Below are positions 1 through 9,927 of a stretch of DNA of 44,522 bases, in pieces (within the stretch, counting starts at the first letter, position 1; each line of letters opens with the position of its first letter). The notes beneath the pieces were generated by a model. That model searched no databases, had not been told where the DNA came from, and worked only from the letters and a program-made list of their open reading frames with translations. Location of the stretch: contig JALUCS010000060.1 in the NCBI GenBank assembly GCA_027050205.1, positions 1 to 44,522 on the forward strand, given 5' to 3'. Made by a program: the position numbers and the translations under genes. Origin of the DNA: a candidate division WOR-3 bacterium (lineage in GTDB: Bacteria > Hydrothermota > Hydrothermia > LBFQ01).

Positions 1-297
1 ACATAAAACGGGAGATAATGTTTAAGTTGTACATTTCTGCCTTGATGTTGGCCGCATAATTCCATTACCCATTCAGAAAAATGTCAAAAGGATGATACGC
101 CTACTAAAGTATTATTGGACACAGCAAAATTTTACACAGAATTATCTCCGATCATCAAAATCGCATATATGAAAACCCTAAATCTGACTACAAGATTCCG
201 GAACCTGCAACGGTCGTCTCACCATTAACATCGTACCGATTCCCCTCCGAAAGTATAACGGGGCTGATGATCGGAATTTTACGTCCCCCTTCCGGTG

Positions 298-303
298 TAA
301 AAT
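298..303 (+). promoter_or_regulatory. -10 box TAAAAT, 6 nt before GTG start (leaderless-type)
   Basis: TAAAAT-acaggt-GTG at 310. Confidence 0.6.
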
Positions 304-309
304 ACAGGT

Positions 310-1158
310 GTGAGAAGGTTGATACTCGTATTGGCGTTAGCTCCGCTATTAAGCGGATGCTTCTTCGGGACCTTCCAGACCGCCCAGCCCCTCAAACCCG
401 GTGAGATTGACGCCGGACTCTACGGGAACGTCCCCGCCCACATTACGCCCGAATCCAAGAATGCCGCCATATACGGAAAGTACGGGGTACTCCCCACCTT
501 CGGAGGTTTCTTCGGCATAGGGGCTATGAGGAACCTCTCCGTAGGCCTTACGGCCAACTTCCTCGGCCTCGCGCCCTACGCTAAATGGACCTTCTACAAA
601 CACCCCAAGTACGAGTTCTACTCCTCGCTGATGCCCAAGCTGTACGTGGACGTCCTAAGCACATCGTACATAACGCCGGAGATAGACCTGATAACGGGGG
701 CGAGGGTGAACAGGTACTTCTCCTGGTACGTGTCTTACCAGCTCCTCTACTCCATAACCGGCTACAAGTACGACCCCAACTTTATGTTAGACACCGTCCG
801 GATTCCCGGCTCCATAAGGAGGTTCCCCTACCTCCACCAGTACGTCGCCTTCGGAATAGACCTATCCGGACACTTCAAGGGGAAGACGGGGACCATCCCC
901 TACGGCCTAAGGTTGGAGTTCGGAGGCTCCTACTTCTACTACGACGGGAAGTATTACCCCTTCCTGAACCTCGGCATAGCCCTGACGGGTGGGACGGCCC
1001 TCGGATGTTTGAGCCTAGTCGCCCGGAATCCCCAGTGCTGTATGTACGGGACCCTCGTAGGGTACCAGCTGATGATGAAGGCATACACCACCCCGGAGGA
1101 GGACGAAGGTAAAAAACAGGATAAGGAGGTCGGCACGGGTAAGAAGAAGGGGAAGTAG
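310..1158 (+). CDS. Hypothetical lipoprotein, probably outer-membrane associated
   Basis: GTG start; MRR + hydrophobic core + lipobox LSGC; amphipathic beta-strand-like segments rich in aromatic residues; Lys-rich C-terminal tail. Confidence 0.75.
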   Translation: MRRLILVLALAPLLSGCFFGTFQTAQPLKPGEIDAGLYGNVPAHITPESKNAAIYGKYGVLPTFGGFFGIGAMRNLSVGLTANFLGLAPYAKWTFYKHPKYEFYSSLMPKLYVDVLSTSYITPEIDLITGARVNRYFSWYVSYQLLYSITGYKYDPNFMLDTVRIPGSIRRFPYLHQYVAFGIDLSGHFKGKTGTIPYGLRLEFGGSYFYYDGKYYPFLNLGIALTGGTALGCLSLVARNPQCCMYGTLVGYQLMMKAYTTPEEDEGKKQDKEVGTGKKKGK

Positions 1159-1163
1159 TTGCC

Positions 1164-1862
1164 TTGACACTCCTGAAGTACCTCCAGACCTTCTACGCCT
1201 TCTCCCGGAGGAAGGCCTTTCGCCTGATCCGGAAGGGAAAGGTAAGGGTAAACGGTGAGGTAATAACCCAACCCTTATACGAGGTGGGGGAAGGGGACGA
1301 GGTGGAGGTGGAGGGGTACGTCCCCGGAGGTTCCCGGAGGATGCTCTACGTGGCCTTCCACAAGCCCCCCGGCTTCGTCGTCTCAAGGGCGGATCCGAGG
1401 TACGCCACCATCTACACCCTCCTACCCCCCGACTTCTACGAGCTTAGGCCGGTGGGTCGCTTGGACGTACCCTCCGAAGGCCTCCTACTGCTGACGAACG
1501 ACGGGGAACTCCTCCACAGGCTGACCCATCCGAAGTACGGGGTACCGCGGGGGTACGTGGTTGAGGTCTCTCCCCCACCGGATAGGGAACTCTTAAAGCG
1601 GATCCTCGCAGGCGTAGAGGACAGGGGGGAACTCTTGAGGGCGCAGGAGGCTAAGATAACCTCCGGGGGTAAGGTCTTCCTCGTACTCAAACAGGGGAAG
1701 TACAGGGAGATAAGGAGGATGATGAGGAGGTTGGGGAGGAGGGTCAAGAGGTTGAAGAGGGTCTTCTACGGTACGGTGGAGCTGGATCTTCCCCCCGGTG
1801 AATGGAGATATTTGAGGGAGGACGAGGTCAGGTCCCTCAAGGAGTTGGTGAGGCTCACTTAG
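1164..1862 (+). CDS. rluB: rRNA pseudouridine synthase, RsuA/RluB family
   Basis: N-terminal S4 domain (SRRKA..LI..GKVRVNG), HKPPG, catalytic GRLD motif, GLLLLTNDG, LTHP; exact subfamily uncertain. Confidence 0.85.
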   Translation: MTLLKYLQTFYAFSRRKAFRLIRKGKVRVNGEVITQPLYEVGEGDEVEVEGYVPGGSRRMLYVAFHKPPGFVVSRADPRYATIYTLLPPDFYELRPVGRLDVPSEGLLLLTNDGELLHRLTHPKYGVPRGYVVEVSPPPDRELLKRILAGVEDRGELLRAQEAKITSGGKVFLVLKQGKYREIRRMMRRLGRRVKRLKRVFYGTVELDLPPGEWRYLREDEVRSLKELVRLT

Positions 1863-3285
1863 AGCCGTTCTTCTTCCTCTTCCGTCGCTTCCTTCGGTTG
1901 GGAGGTTTGCGGTTTTGAACGAGTTCCTTGGTCCTACGCACGATGTCCCTCTCCGCCTCCATCACCTTCTCCCAGAAACCAGTGTGCTTTTCCTCTTTCC
2001 TTTCCTCTCCTTCCACTTCATCCGTATTTTCGTGGAAGATTAGACGGGCGGCGAAGGTCCCGACGGTCATCCACACAACGCTAACCACTATGACACCGAA
2101 GGCGTAGGCCAGAATAACTTGAGCTTTATCGGTCAGTGCCGTCCCTATGCTGAAAGCCACTATGGCCGAGACCAGACCCCTGGGCATCATAAAGAAGAGG
2201 ATGAAGCCATCCTTGAAGTCTATGTCCCTATCCACCTTGTAGAGGACGAAGGTGCTGACCAACCTAACGGCGACGAGGACGAGAAAGATCCCGAAGATAC
2301 CTTGGAGGATGCTTACGTCCAGGAGGTACTCTATCTTCACCGTCATACCGAGTATGAGGAAGAAGAAGGTACTGAAGACGAAGGAGAGCTCCACGCTGGC
2401 CTGCTTGGTGAACTCGTCCAGGGTGAAGTTGAGCATGTCCAACTTTTCGCGGTTTATCCTAAGTATGGGTAGGATCCGCTCAACTACGGTCTGGGCGTTG
2501 GAGATGACCATACCCAAGATTATGGCGGCGAGGGGGCCGCTCCCACCGAGGAACTCCACCAGCCAGTACACTCCGAAGAGCATACCGAGGGTGAGGATGT
2601 AATAGACCTCGTTCTGAATCAGTATCTTTATGGCCTGAAGCCATACGAAACCCACGATTATGCCAATTATGGTGGCATGGACTATGGAGTTGTACAGGTA
2701 CTGTATTACGTTGACACTTCCCCCTTTCATAACGCTTAGGACGACGCTCGCCCCGACCACTATGTATATCTCGGCCAGTACGGCCTCAAACTTGGCTATT
2801 ATGTTGGCCTCCGGGGAGGTCTTGAGCTTGGCGATGGTGGGTAAGACTATGGCCCCGCTCGTCCCCCCCAACATTACCCCTATCAACGCACCGATGTACG
2901 GGTTCCCACCGTAGGCTGTCCAGAGGAGAGTTATGGCCAAGGCGGACAGGAGGAAGACGACGGTTGAGAACACGAAGGCTATGCCCAGCTTCTTGACGAG
3001 GGCGTAGATGTCCAGAGCGAGGCCACCCTCAAAGAGTATTATGGCGAAGGCCATCGTACCGAAGTAGGGGGCTATTACGAGGGCAACGTCCGGTGAGACG
3101 ATGTGGAGGACGTTGGTTATGAGAAACCCCAGGGTCAGTAGGGACAGGGTTGATGGGATGCTGAACTTCCTAAAGACTATATCGGCAAGGAAACCTGCGA
3201 GGATAATACCGGCTATAAAACCGAGAAAGGCGGAAGGGGAGAGACCGGCCGTTCCCCCTCCAGCAGATACGACGAAGTTCAGCAC
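1855..3285 (-). CDS. Cation:proton antiporter (CPA1/NhaP2-like)
   Basis: About 12 hydrophobic helices, ILFEGGL, GTSGAIVLP, MPRGLVSA motifs; basic C-terminal tail. Confidence 0.85.
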   Translation of the reverse strand: MLNFVVSAGGGTAGLSPSAFLGFIAGIILAGFLADIVFRKFSIPSTLSLLTLGFLITNVLHIVSPDVALVIAPYFGTMAFAIILFEGGLALDIYALVKKLGIAFVFSTVVFLLSALAITLLWTAYGGNPYIGALIGVMLGGTSGAIVLPTIAKLKTSPEANIIAKFEAVLAEIYIVVGASVVLSVMKGGSVNVIQYLYNSIVHATIIGIIVGFVWLQAIKILIQNEVYYILTLGMLFGVYWLVEFLGGSGPLAAIILGMVISNAQTVVERILPILRINREKLDMLNFTLDEFTKQASVELSFVFSTFFFLILGMTVKIEYLLDVSILQGIFGIFLVLVAVRLVSTFVLYKVDRDIDFKDGFILFFMMPRGLVSAIVAFSIGTALTDKAQVILAYAFGVIVVSVVWMTVGTFAARLIFHENTDEVEGEERKEEKHTGFWEKVMEAERDIVRRTKELVQNRKPPNRRKRRKRKKNGSK

Positions 3286-3293
3286 GACACTTT

Positions 3294-3299
3294 ATTATA
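3294..3299 (-). promoter_or_regulatory. -10 box TATAAT, 8 nt before GTG start of the antiporter
   Basis: attata on + strand; start codon at 3285. Confidence 0.6.
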
Positions 3300-3314
3300 G
3301 CCTTGACAGGAGGG

Positions 3315-4163
3315 CTACCTTATTCCAGCCGTCATTATGTCTAAGAGGCGGGCGATGGTGCGCTTCATCTCCCTGCGGTCCACCACGAGGTCCACCTGGC
3401 CATGCTCCAACTGGAACTCGCTCCTCTGGAAACCGGGAGGGAGGTCCTGGCCTATGGTTTGCTTTATTACCCGCGGCCCGGCGAAGCCTATGAGGGCGTT
3501 AGGCTCGGCTATTATCACGTCCCCCAGAGCAGCAAAGCTGGCCATCACACCGCCCATGGTCGGGTCGCCGAGGACGGTTATGTAAGGTACCCCCTTCTCC
3601 TCTAACTGTATCACCCCGACGGTCGTCTTCACCATCTGCATCAGGGAGAATATGCCCTCGTGCATCCTCGCCCCACCGCCGGAAAAGAGGACGGCTATGA
3701 GGGGGATCCTCTTGCGGCGGGCCTCCTTCGCCGCCCTGTAGAACTTCTCCCCGAAGACCGACCCCATAGAGCCACCGAGGAAGGCGAAATCGGTAAAGAA
3801 CCCTACGACCTTCCTACCGAAGATGTGTCCTATACCGGCTACGCTACTGTCCTTGAGGCCGTAGAGCTTCTCGTACTTCCGCATCTTTTCCCTGTAGCCG
3901 GGGAAGTTGAGTGGGTCCGTGGCGACCAGGTTTGCTCCTATCTCCTTCTCTATGCCCTCGTCAAACAGGAGGTTGGCGTACTCGTACGCTCCTATGCGGA
4001 AGTGGTAGCCACACTTGGGACACACCTTGGCGTTGGCTGCAAGCTCCGGGTTGGGGAGGATGCTTCCACAGGAGGGGCACTTTACCCAGAAGTCCTCCGG
4101 TATGCTTATCCGAGACTTCTTCTTCGGAGGCGGTGGTTTCTTTCTCTTCTTCCTAAAGAACAT
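3315..4163 (-). CDS. accD: Acetyl-CoA carboxylase carboxyltransferase beta subunit
   Basis: WVKCPSC...CPKC zinc finger, GGSMGS, GGARMHEG, IGFAGPRVI, GFQRSEF. Confidence 0.95.
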   Translation of the reverse strand: MFFRKKRKKPPPPKKKSRISIPEDFWVKCPSCGSILPNPELAANAKVCPKCGYHFRIGAYEYANLLFDEGIEKEIGANLVATDPLNFPGYREKMRKYEKLYGLKDSSVAGIGHIFGRKVVGFFTDFAFLGGSMGSVFGEKFYRAAKEARRKRIPLIAVLFSGGGARMHEGIFSLMQMVKTTVGVIQLEEKGVPYITVLGDPTMGGVMASFAALGDVIIAEPNALIGFAGPRVIKQTIGQDLPPGFQRSEFQLEHGQVDLVVDRREMKRTIARLLDIMTAGIR

Positions 4164-5351
4164 CTACGCTACCTCCACCCCCTCGTAGACTATCTTCCTC
4201 CACAGGGAGGTTATCCCCCTGACCCTCTCGGCCACGTACTCCTTGATGTCCTGAAGCTCGGCGTCGGAGATACCTCCCCACACGCGGGTATGGACGAGTT
4301 GAGGCTCGTTTATGGGCCGTCCGATCTGGGAGACGAGGTAGATATATACGTTCTCAACGGCCGGGAACTTCTCCACCACCTCCCTCGCTATCATGTTGGC
4401 GGCTATGTTGTATATCTTCCCCACGTGGGAGACGGGGTTCTTGCCGGCGGCCGCTTCAAGGGTCATGGGCCTGTAGGGGGTTATGAGGCCGTTGACCCGG
4501 TTCCCCCTACCTACCTGTCCGTCGTCTCCCGCCTCGGCGCTGGTCCCCGTCACGGTTATGTAGACGGAGCCTCTGGCGTAGTCGTCGGCGACGTTGATCT
4601 CAACGGAGAGGGGGTAGTCCCCCAGTATCCCCTTAGCAAACGTATAGACGTCGTTCTGGACCTTCACCTTCAGATCCCTGTAGTGCTTGACGTCCTTGAC
4701 GTACCTGTCTACGAAGGCGAGGGCTACCGTGACCCTGTAGGTCTTGAGGTCCCGCACCACCATGACCTTTATATCCTCCCCTATGAAGGGGTTGTCCGAC
4801 TTGTACCTCTCGGAGTTCAGGAACCGCTCCACCTCGTAGGCCAGCCTCTCCGCCCTCGTGAAGGGATAGAAGCCAACGCCGAAGGAGGTGTCGTTGGCGA
4901 GGGGTACCTCCCCCTCCCTCTCAAAGAGGTCCGTCAGGTCCTCGCTCCCAGCCCTCGCCTTCAGGTGTATCCGGATGTGTCTGTCTAAGTCAAGGTGGGG
5001 GAGGTTCCTTCGGAGCCAGTCGCGCACGGTCTCGTAGTACAGATCCTCTATCTCCTTGCGGAAGTCCTCCCCCCTGTACCGGTAGGTTGCCCTCCCAACG
5101 AGGGTGAACTCTATGGGTTCCCTGACCTCACCGCCGCCGAACCGTGGGGAAGCCTCACCACCGACCAGGATGGCCTTGTCAAGGTTGTGGTGAAGGATCC
5201 TCCCGAACCTGTCAAGGTAGAAACGGGATAGGGACCTGCTGTACTCCTCCGCGAGGCTGTCGCATATGGTGTCAGGGTGCCCCGTACCCTTTCGCTCCAC
5301 TATCTCAAAGTCTCCCATGAAGGGTGCCGTCTCCAGATCTATCCTGACCAT
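4164..5351 (-). CDS. mat: S-adenosylmethionine synthetase, archaeal type
   Basis: EIVERKGTGHPDTICD, ANDTSFGVG, GEDIKVM, GTSAEAGDDGQVGRGNRVNGLITPYRPM, EAAAGKNPVSHVGKIYN: archaeal-type MAT signatures. Confidence 0.93.
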   Translation of the reverse strand: MVRIDLETAPFMGDFEIVERKGTGHPDTICDSLAEEYSRSLSRFYLDRFGRILHHNLDKAILVGGEASPRFGGGEVREPIEFTLVGRATYRYRGEDFRKEIEDLYYETVRDWLRRNLPHLDLDRHIRIHLKARAGSEDLTDLFEREGEVPLANDTSFGVGFYPFTRAERLAYEVERFLNSERYKSDNPFIGEDIKVMVVRDLKTYRVTVALAFVDRYVKDVKHYRDLKVKVQNDVYTFAKGILGDYPLSVEINVADDYARGSVYITVTGTSAEAGDDGQVGRGNRVNGLITPYRPMTLEAAAGKNPVSHVGKIYNIAANMIAREVVEKFPAVENVYIYLVSQIGRPINEPQLVHTRVWGGISDAELQDIKEYVAERVRGITSLWRKIVYEGVEVA

Positions 5352-5406
5352 CTTGACCCCCTATTCTACACGGGATGCAGATTCCCACAGCGTCCTCTTT
5401 CGGGTG

Positions 5407-5412
5407 TATAAT
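5407..5412 (+). promoter_or_regulatory. -10 box TATAAT, 9 nt before ATG 5422; divergent TAGAAT for mat at 5363-5368 (-)
   Basis: Perfect consensus hexamer in a 70-bp divergent intergenic gap. Confidence 0.65.
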
Positions 5413-5421
5413 AAAGGTCCT

Positions 5422-6342
5422 ATGCTCACGTACGTCGTACTGGCCTTCAGCAGCACTGGGGAGGTGGAAGGTGCGGTGAATAGGAAGCCCTTCATCGTAG
5501 ATGAAGGTTTGAACTCCCTTAGCGGCATCAAGGTCCTCTACATCTACAACTCCCGATACGATACCCCCGACCGCCTCCGCTCCCTGGGGGCGACGGTCTA
5601 CGAGGCCAACGTCTCTTCCATCGGTGTGATAAGCGCCGATTCGCTTTGCAGCTACGACTTCGTAGTCGTTGACATTGGAGCCGTTTGGTACATCACTTCC
5701 CTATCCACGGCCATACACGATTACATCGCTATGGGCGGCGGCTACTGGGTAAACCAGCCTAACGGGACGGGGTCCGTCCCCACCCTCCCTCCGGGCTACG
5801 GTGTCCATATCTCCTCCGTATGGTACGGGTGCGGGAACTCCTCGTGTCAGAGTACCACACCGGCCTACAACACCCACCCCATCACGGCGGGGATGCCCTT
5901 GGACTGGACCAGCGGGGACTACGACACCCAAGATTACTACGGCTCCTCCTGGACCGTCCTCATAACCGACGTGGGTCCCACCCTGATGGCCGGGGAGTAC
6001 GGGGACGGTAGGCTCGTATATACGGACCACTGCCTCTCCTCCACCTGTATAGACCCCGGAGACAACCGATACCTGGACAGGATCGGTAGGTACCTCGCCG
6101 CCGGTCCGTGCGGCCCCTTTGCCGAGGTCGGCGACCTTGACGTCAGCGAGGCCACCCCCGAAAGCGGGGGCGTAAGGGTCTTGGGCGATAGGGTCCTCTT
6201 CCCCGAAGCGGTGGGATACGAGGTCTTCTCCAGCGACGGCCGTGTGATAGCGAAGGGTAGGGGCAGGGAGGTGAAGATAGAAGTCAGGGGCGTAGTCTTC
6301 GTAAGGTCCCCCTACGGTACGGTCAGGGTGGTGAGGCGGTAG
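5422..6342 (+). CDS. Secreted protein with GATase1/ThuA-like domain and T9SS-like C-terminal domain
   Basis: Start moved from 5266 (which overlaps mat) to ATG 5422, behind TATAAT 5407-5412; YDFVVV..DYIAMGGG..HPITAG..YGDGRLVY; C-terminus VFSSDGRVI..GVVFVR..VRVVRR. Confidence 0.7.
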   Translation: MLTYVVLAFSSTGEVEGAVNRKPFIVDEGLNSLSGIKVLYIYNSRYDTPDRLRSLGATVYEANVSSIGVISADSLCSYDFVVVDIGAVWYITSLSTAIHDYIAMGGGYWVNQPNGTGSVPTLPPGYGVHISSVWYGCGNSSCQSTTPAYNTHPITAGMPLDWTSGDYDTQDYYGSSWTVLITDVGPTLMAGEYGDGRLVYTDHCLSSTCIDPGDNRYLDRIGRYLAAGPCGPFAEVGDLDVSEATPESGGVRVLGDRVLFPEAVGYEVFSSDGRVIAKGRGREVKIEVRGVVFVRSPYGTVRVVRR

Positions 6343-7404
6343 CTACGGCACCACCCTTATAGGTACAGGGGTGAAGGTGAGGACGAATAGGAGAAGGGAG
6401 AGGACGCCGACGACCTTCTCACCGATGGTTATCTCCCGCTCGTTGAAGATGGGAGGGGGATGGCCGGGTCCCATCAGGAGGCCGATGAAGGCCCAGACCC
6501 ACCAACCGTTCCAGAGGAGACCTCCTGGGAGCATTAGGAGTACGACCAGCCACCATACCTTTCGGTGGAGGTTGGGGAGAAGACCGTAGAGGATGTGGCC
6601 GCCGTCCAACTGGCCTATGGGTATCAGGTTCAGGGCGGTGACGAAGAGGCCCACCCACCCGGCGAAGGCCATAGGGTGGAGCATCAGGTCCATACCCTCC
6701 GGCAATCTCCCCACGATGGCGAGGGACAGGAGCTTGAAGGCCAGAGGCTCACCGAAGACGAGCCGCAGACCTCCGAGGTCGGAGCTGACGACGTAGCTCA
6801 TCTTTAAGCCCATTACGAGGACGGGGATGGCGACGAGGAAACCGGCTATAGGCCCGGCGAAGGCCATATACAGCAACCCCCTGCGACTGGGGAGGACCCC
6901 CCTCAACCTTATCACCGCTCCCATCGTCCCTATGAGGGACGGGAAGGGGATGAAGTAGGGTAGAGAGGCGGGGATGCCGTAGCGACGGGCTACGAAGTAG
7001 TGGCCGAACTCGTGGGCGCCCAAGATGGCGAGGAGTGGGAGGGCGAAGGACCACCCCTCCAATATCCCAGGGCCGAAGGGGTTGGCGCCGGCGTTTATGG
7101 CCCCGGCGAAGAAGGTGGAGAGGAGGGTCAGGAGGAACATAACGACGTTCAACCATGGAAAGTCCCTCTTCTCGTACGCTACAATATGTACCGCCAACCT
7201 CCCCCTGTCCCTATAGACCACCGTCCGGGGGAATATCCGGTTCCTCTCTATGACCTTTACGTCCTCCTCCGTGTAGTCTCCGTACAGGATGAGGATGTAC
7301 CCCCCCTCCTTACCGGTGTCGTAGGCCTTGAAGTCTGCCAAGATGAAGCGTCCGTAGACGTAGGACTCAAGGAAGAGGGCGAGTTTAGAGGAACCTTGAA
7401 ACAT
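6343..7404 (-). CDS. Site-2 protease family (M50) intramembrane metalloprotease
   Basis: HEFGH, AGPIAG, NLIPIGQLDGGH; multiple TM helices. Confidence 0.92.
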   Translation of the reverse strand: MFQGSSKLALFLESYVYGRFILADFKAYDTGKEGGYILILYGDYTEEDVKVIERNRIFPRTVVYRDRGRLAVHIVAYEKRDFPWLNVVMFLLTLLSTFFAGAINAGANPFGPGILEGWSFALPLLAILGAHEFGHYFVARRYGIPASLPYFIPFPSLIGTMGAVIRLRGVLPSRRGLLYMAFAGPIAGFLVAIPVLVMGLKMSYVVSSDLGGLRLVFGEPLAFKLLSLAIVGRLPEGMDLMLHPMAFAGWVGLFVTALNLIPIGQLDGGHILYGLLPNLHRKVWWLVVLLMLPGGLLWNGWWVWAFIGLLMGPGHPPPIFNEREITIGEKVVGVLSLLLFVLTFTPVPIRVVP

Positions 7405-8668
7405 ACATCCCGAAGCCTACGGCCCTCTCGTCCTCCCCGAAGGGGGCCACCACCTGCGCCCCGACGAAGGAGCCGAGGGGGACGTTGAGGACGGGGACGC
7501 CAGCGAGACTGAAGGGGACGGTGAGGGTGTCCAGCCTGTAGTACTCAACGGGTGAGAAGCCCGCCCCTATCTTCGGGGGTAGGGTGGGGTTGGTGGGGGT
7601 GAGGACCACGTCTACGTCTTTGAACCACCCCTCCACCTCCTCCTTTATCAGGCGGCGGGCCTTGAGGGCCTTTAGATAGTACGCCTCGTAGTAGCCGTGG
7701 GAGAGGACGAAGGTGCCGAGCATTATCCTCCTCTTCACCTCCCTACCGAAGAGGGAGCGGGTACGTACGTAGGTCTCCAACATATCCCTCCCCTCAAGGC
7801 GCACACCGTACCGCACACCGTCGTACCGGGCGAGGTTGGAGGAGGCCTCCGCCGTTGCTATGACGTGGTAGGCGGGTAGGGCGAATCTCCCACCCTTCAG
7901 GGAGACCTCCACGACCTCGTTCCCCTCCCGGCTTAGGCGGTCTATGAGGCTCAAGAACCTCTCCCTGATCTCCTCCGAGACTATACGGAGGTGGTCGGAC
8001 ACTACCCCTATCCTGTACCTGCCCCTGCGGGCGAACTCCTCTGCCTTCCAACGGGAGAATGGGGGACGGTTGAGGGTGGTTGCGTCCCTGTCGTCCGGGC
8101 CGGAGATTACCTCCATCACGGCGGCGAGGGTGTCTATGTCCCTCGCTATGGGGCCGATGACGTCAAGGGAGGAGGCGAAGGCGATGAGGCCGTAGCGCGA
8201 GACCCTCCCGTAGGTGGGCTTGAAGCCCCAGACGTTGCAGAAGGCAGCCGGCAACCTTATGGAACCACCAGTGTCGCTGCCGAGGGCGACGGGTACCACA
8301 CCCGCCCCTACGAGGGCGGCGGAGCCGGAGGAGGAGCCACCGGGGACGAGGGAGGGGTCATGGGGGTTCTTCGTCGGGCCGAAGGCGGAGTTCTCTCCGG
8401 TTGAACCCATGGCGAACTCGTCAAGGTTGGTCTTGGCCACTATTGCGGCCCCCGCCTTCTTGAGTCTCTTAACGACCGTAGCGTCGTATGGGGGGACGTA
8501 GTTCTCCAAGATCTTGGAGCCGGCTGTCGTCCTTACGCCGGCGGTGGCTATGTTGTCCTTTACGGCCACCGGCAGCCCCGAAAGGGGTCCCTCCCCAGGC
8601 TCTACGCCCTCAACGACGGTCAGGACGGCGTTCAACTCGTCCCTACGGAGCCTTTCCAGAACTTCCAT
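7385..8668 (-). CDS. gatA: Asp/Glu-tRNA amidotransferase subunit A
   Basis: AVKDNI, GGSSSGSA, GSDTGGSIR amidase signature; EASSNLARYDGVRYG; EVKRRIMLGTFVLS. Confidence 0.95.
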   Translation of the reverse strand: MEVLERLRRDELNAVLTVVEGVEPGEGPLSGLPVAVKDNIATAGVRTTAGSKILENYVPPYDATVVKRLKKAGAAIVAKTNLDEFAMGSTGENSAFGPTKNPHDPSLVPGGSSSGSAALVGAGVVPVALGSDTGGSIRLPAAFCNVWGFKPTYGRVSRYGLIAFASSLDVIGPIARDIDTLAAVMEVISGPDDRDATTLNRPPFSRWKAEEFARRGRYRIGVVSDHLRIVSEEIRERFLSLIDRLSREGNEVVEVSLKGGRFALPAYHVIATAEASSNLARYDGVRYGVRLEGRDMLETYVRTRSLFGREVKRRIMLGTFVLSHGYYEAYYLKALKARRLIKEEVEGWFKDVDVVLTPTNPTLPPKIGAGFSPVEYYRLDTLTVPFSLAGVPVLNVPLGSFVGAQVVAPFGEDERAVGFGMYVSRFL

Positions 8669-8697
8669 AAGCGGAACGGGATTATACGGTGGGGTAC

Positions 8698-9927
8698 CTA
8701 GAGGTATATCTTCACGTAGTAGTCCTTCTTTGCCTCCTCTACCAGTTTGTTCAACTCCTCCTCTATCTTGCGCTGCAGGAGTATCTGCCTTATCTGCTCC
8801 TTCGTGGGCTTCCGACCCTCCTGAACGTCCAAGACTTTGAAGATGTTTATCATACTGCCGTCCGGTGTGGGTATGGGGCCGACTATGTCCCCCGGTTTGG
8901 CCTCCTTCAGCTTCTCAACTATGTCCGGCGGGAGAGCCTGGGCGCTCACCCATCCGATCTCCCCGCCGTTCTCCTTGGATACGGGGTCGTCGGAGTACCT
9001 CTTGGCTAACTTAGCGAAAGAGTACCCGGCCTTGAGCTTCTTTACGATGCTTTTGGCCTTCCTCATTACCCGCTTGACGTCCGCTTCGGAGGGGGTCACC
9101 TTTACGAGAATGTGGGCGAGGAGGTAGGCGTCCTTTCTCTTCCCCTTTACGTAGAAGATGTGGTACCCCTGCGGTCCCCTCAAGGGTTTGGTGTAGCTCC
9201 CTTCGGGAGTCCTCTCAATCTCCCTAACGAAGTTGGGAGGTAGGGCGTTCTTGGGTACGATGCCGAGGTCTCCTCCTATCTTGGCGCTCTCCCTATCGTC
9301 GGAGTACTTCTGCACCATCTCCTCCCAGTTCGCCCCCCGCTTGAGCTGCTTGTAGATCCTCTTCGCCTTAGCGTAGTACTCCTGCTCTGCGGAGGCGGAG
9401 GGCTTGACCATCAAGGTTATGACGGCCAATTTGAACTCCGGGGGCGTAGAGAGGGAGTCGGCGAGGGTCTTGTATGCCTCTTCAACCTCCTTATCGCTCA
9501 CCTTTATTCGGGGCTTGAGCTTCATCTCAACGTACTTCTGGATGTATAGGGTCTTTCGGATGTCGTCCCTAAGGTAGCGACGGTAGGACTCAAGGGTGAA
9601 TCCGGCCTCTTTCAACTTCTTCTCAAACTCCTCCTCGCTCATATTCCCCCTCATCTGTTGGAGCTGCATGTCTATCGCCCTCTCCACCTCGTCCTCGCTC
9701 ACGTGTATGGTGGTGTCCTCCCTTATCTTCAGGTAGAGTAGCTCCGTATTCACCATCTGCTGGAGGACCTCCCGGCGGAGGGAGGGGAGCTGTTGAGGAG
9801 GTATCCCGTAGGTGGCGGCGTAGAGAAGCGCCCTCTCGTCTACGTCCGAGAGCCATATCGCCCTGTCATCCACCACCGCCGCCACCCTGTCCAAGGTGTC
9901 AAGCTGGGCGGCCAGTAGGATTATCAT
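8698..9927 (-). CDS. surA: SurA-like periplasmic chaperone/parvulin PPIase
   Basis: LDRVAAVVDD..IWLSD SurA N-domain; two parvulin domains (YSDD..SAKIGGDLG; FAKLAKRYSDD..SKENGGEIGW); ATGA overlap with upstream stop. Confidence 0.85.
   Translation of the reverse strand: MIILLAAQLDTLDRVAAVVDDRAIWLSDVDERALLYAATYGIPPQQLPSLRREVLQQMVNTELLYLKIREDTTIHVSEDEVERAIDMQLQQMRGNMSEEEFEKKLKEAGFTLESYRRYLRDDIRKTLYIQKYVEMKLKPRIKVSDKEVEEAYKTLADSLSTPPEFKLAVITLMVKPSASAEQEYYAKAKRIYKQLKRGANWEEMVQKYSDDRESAKIGGDLGIVPKNALPPNFVREIERTPEGSYTKPLRGPQGYHIFYVKGKRKDAYLLAHILVKVTPSEADVKRVMRKAKSIVKKLKAGYSFAKLAKRYSDDPVSKENGGEIGWVSAQALPPDIVEKLKEAKPGDIVGPIPTPDGSMINIFKVLDVQEGRKPTKEQIRQILLQRKIEEELNKLVEEAKKDYYVKIYL

Noticed and set aside
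11..149. Inverted repeat GGAGATAAT/ATTATCTCC as MITE ends
   Set aside because: Only 9 bp, at the window edge, with no target-site duplication or second copy seen
3660..4988. Long antisense ORFs (also 16556-18076, 21950-22729, 24032-25015, 38044-39012, 42511-43188)
   Set aside because: Shadows of well-supported genes on the opposite strand, expected from the strong codon bias; no recognisable motifs
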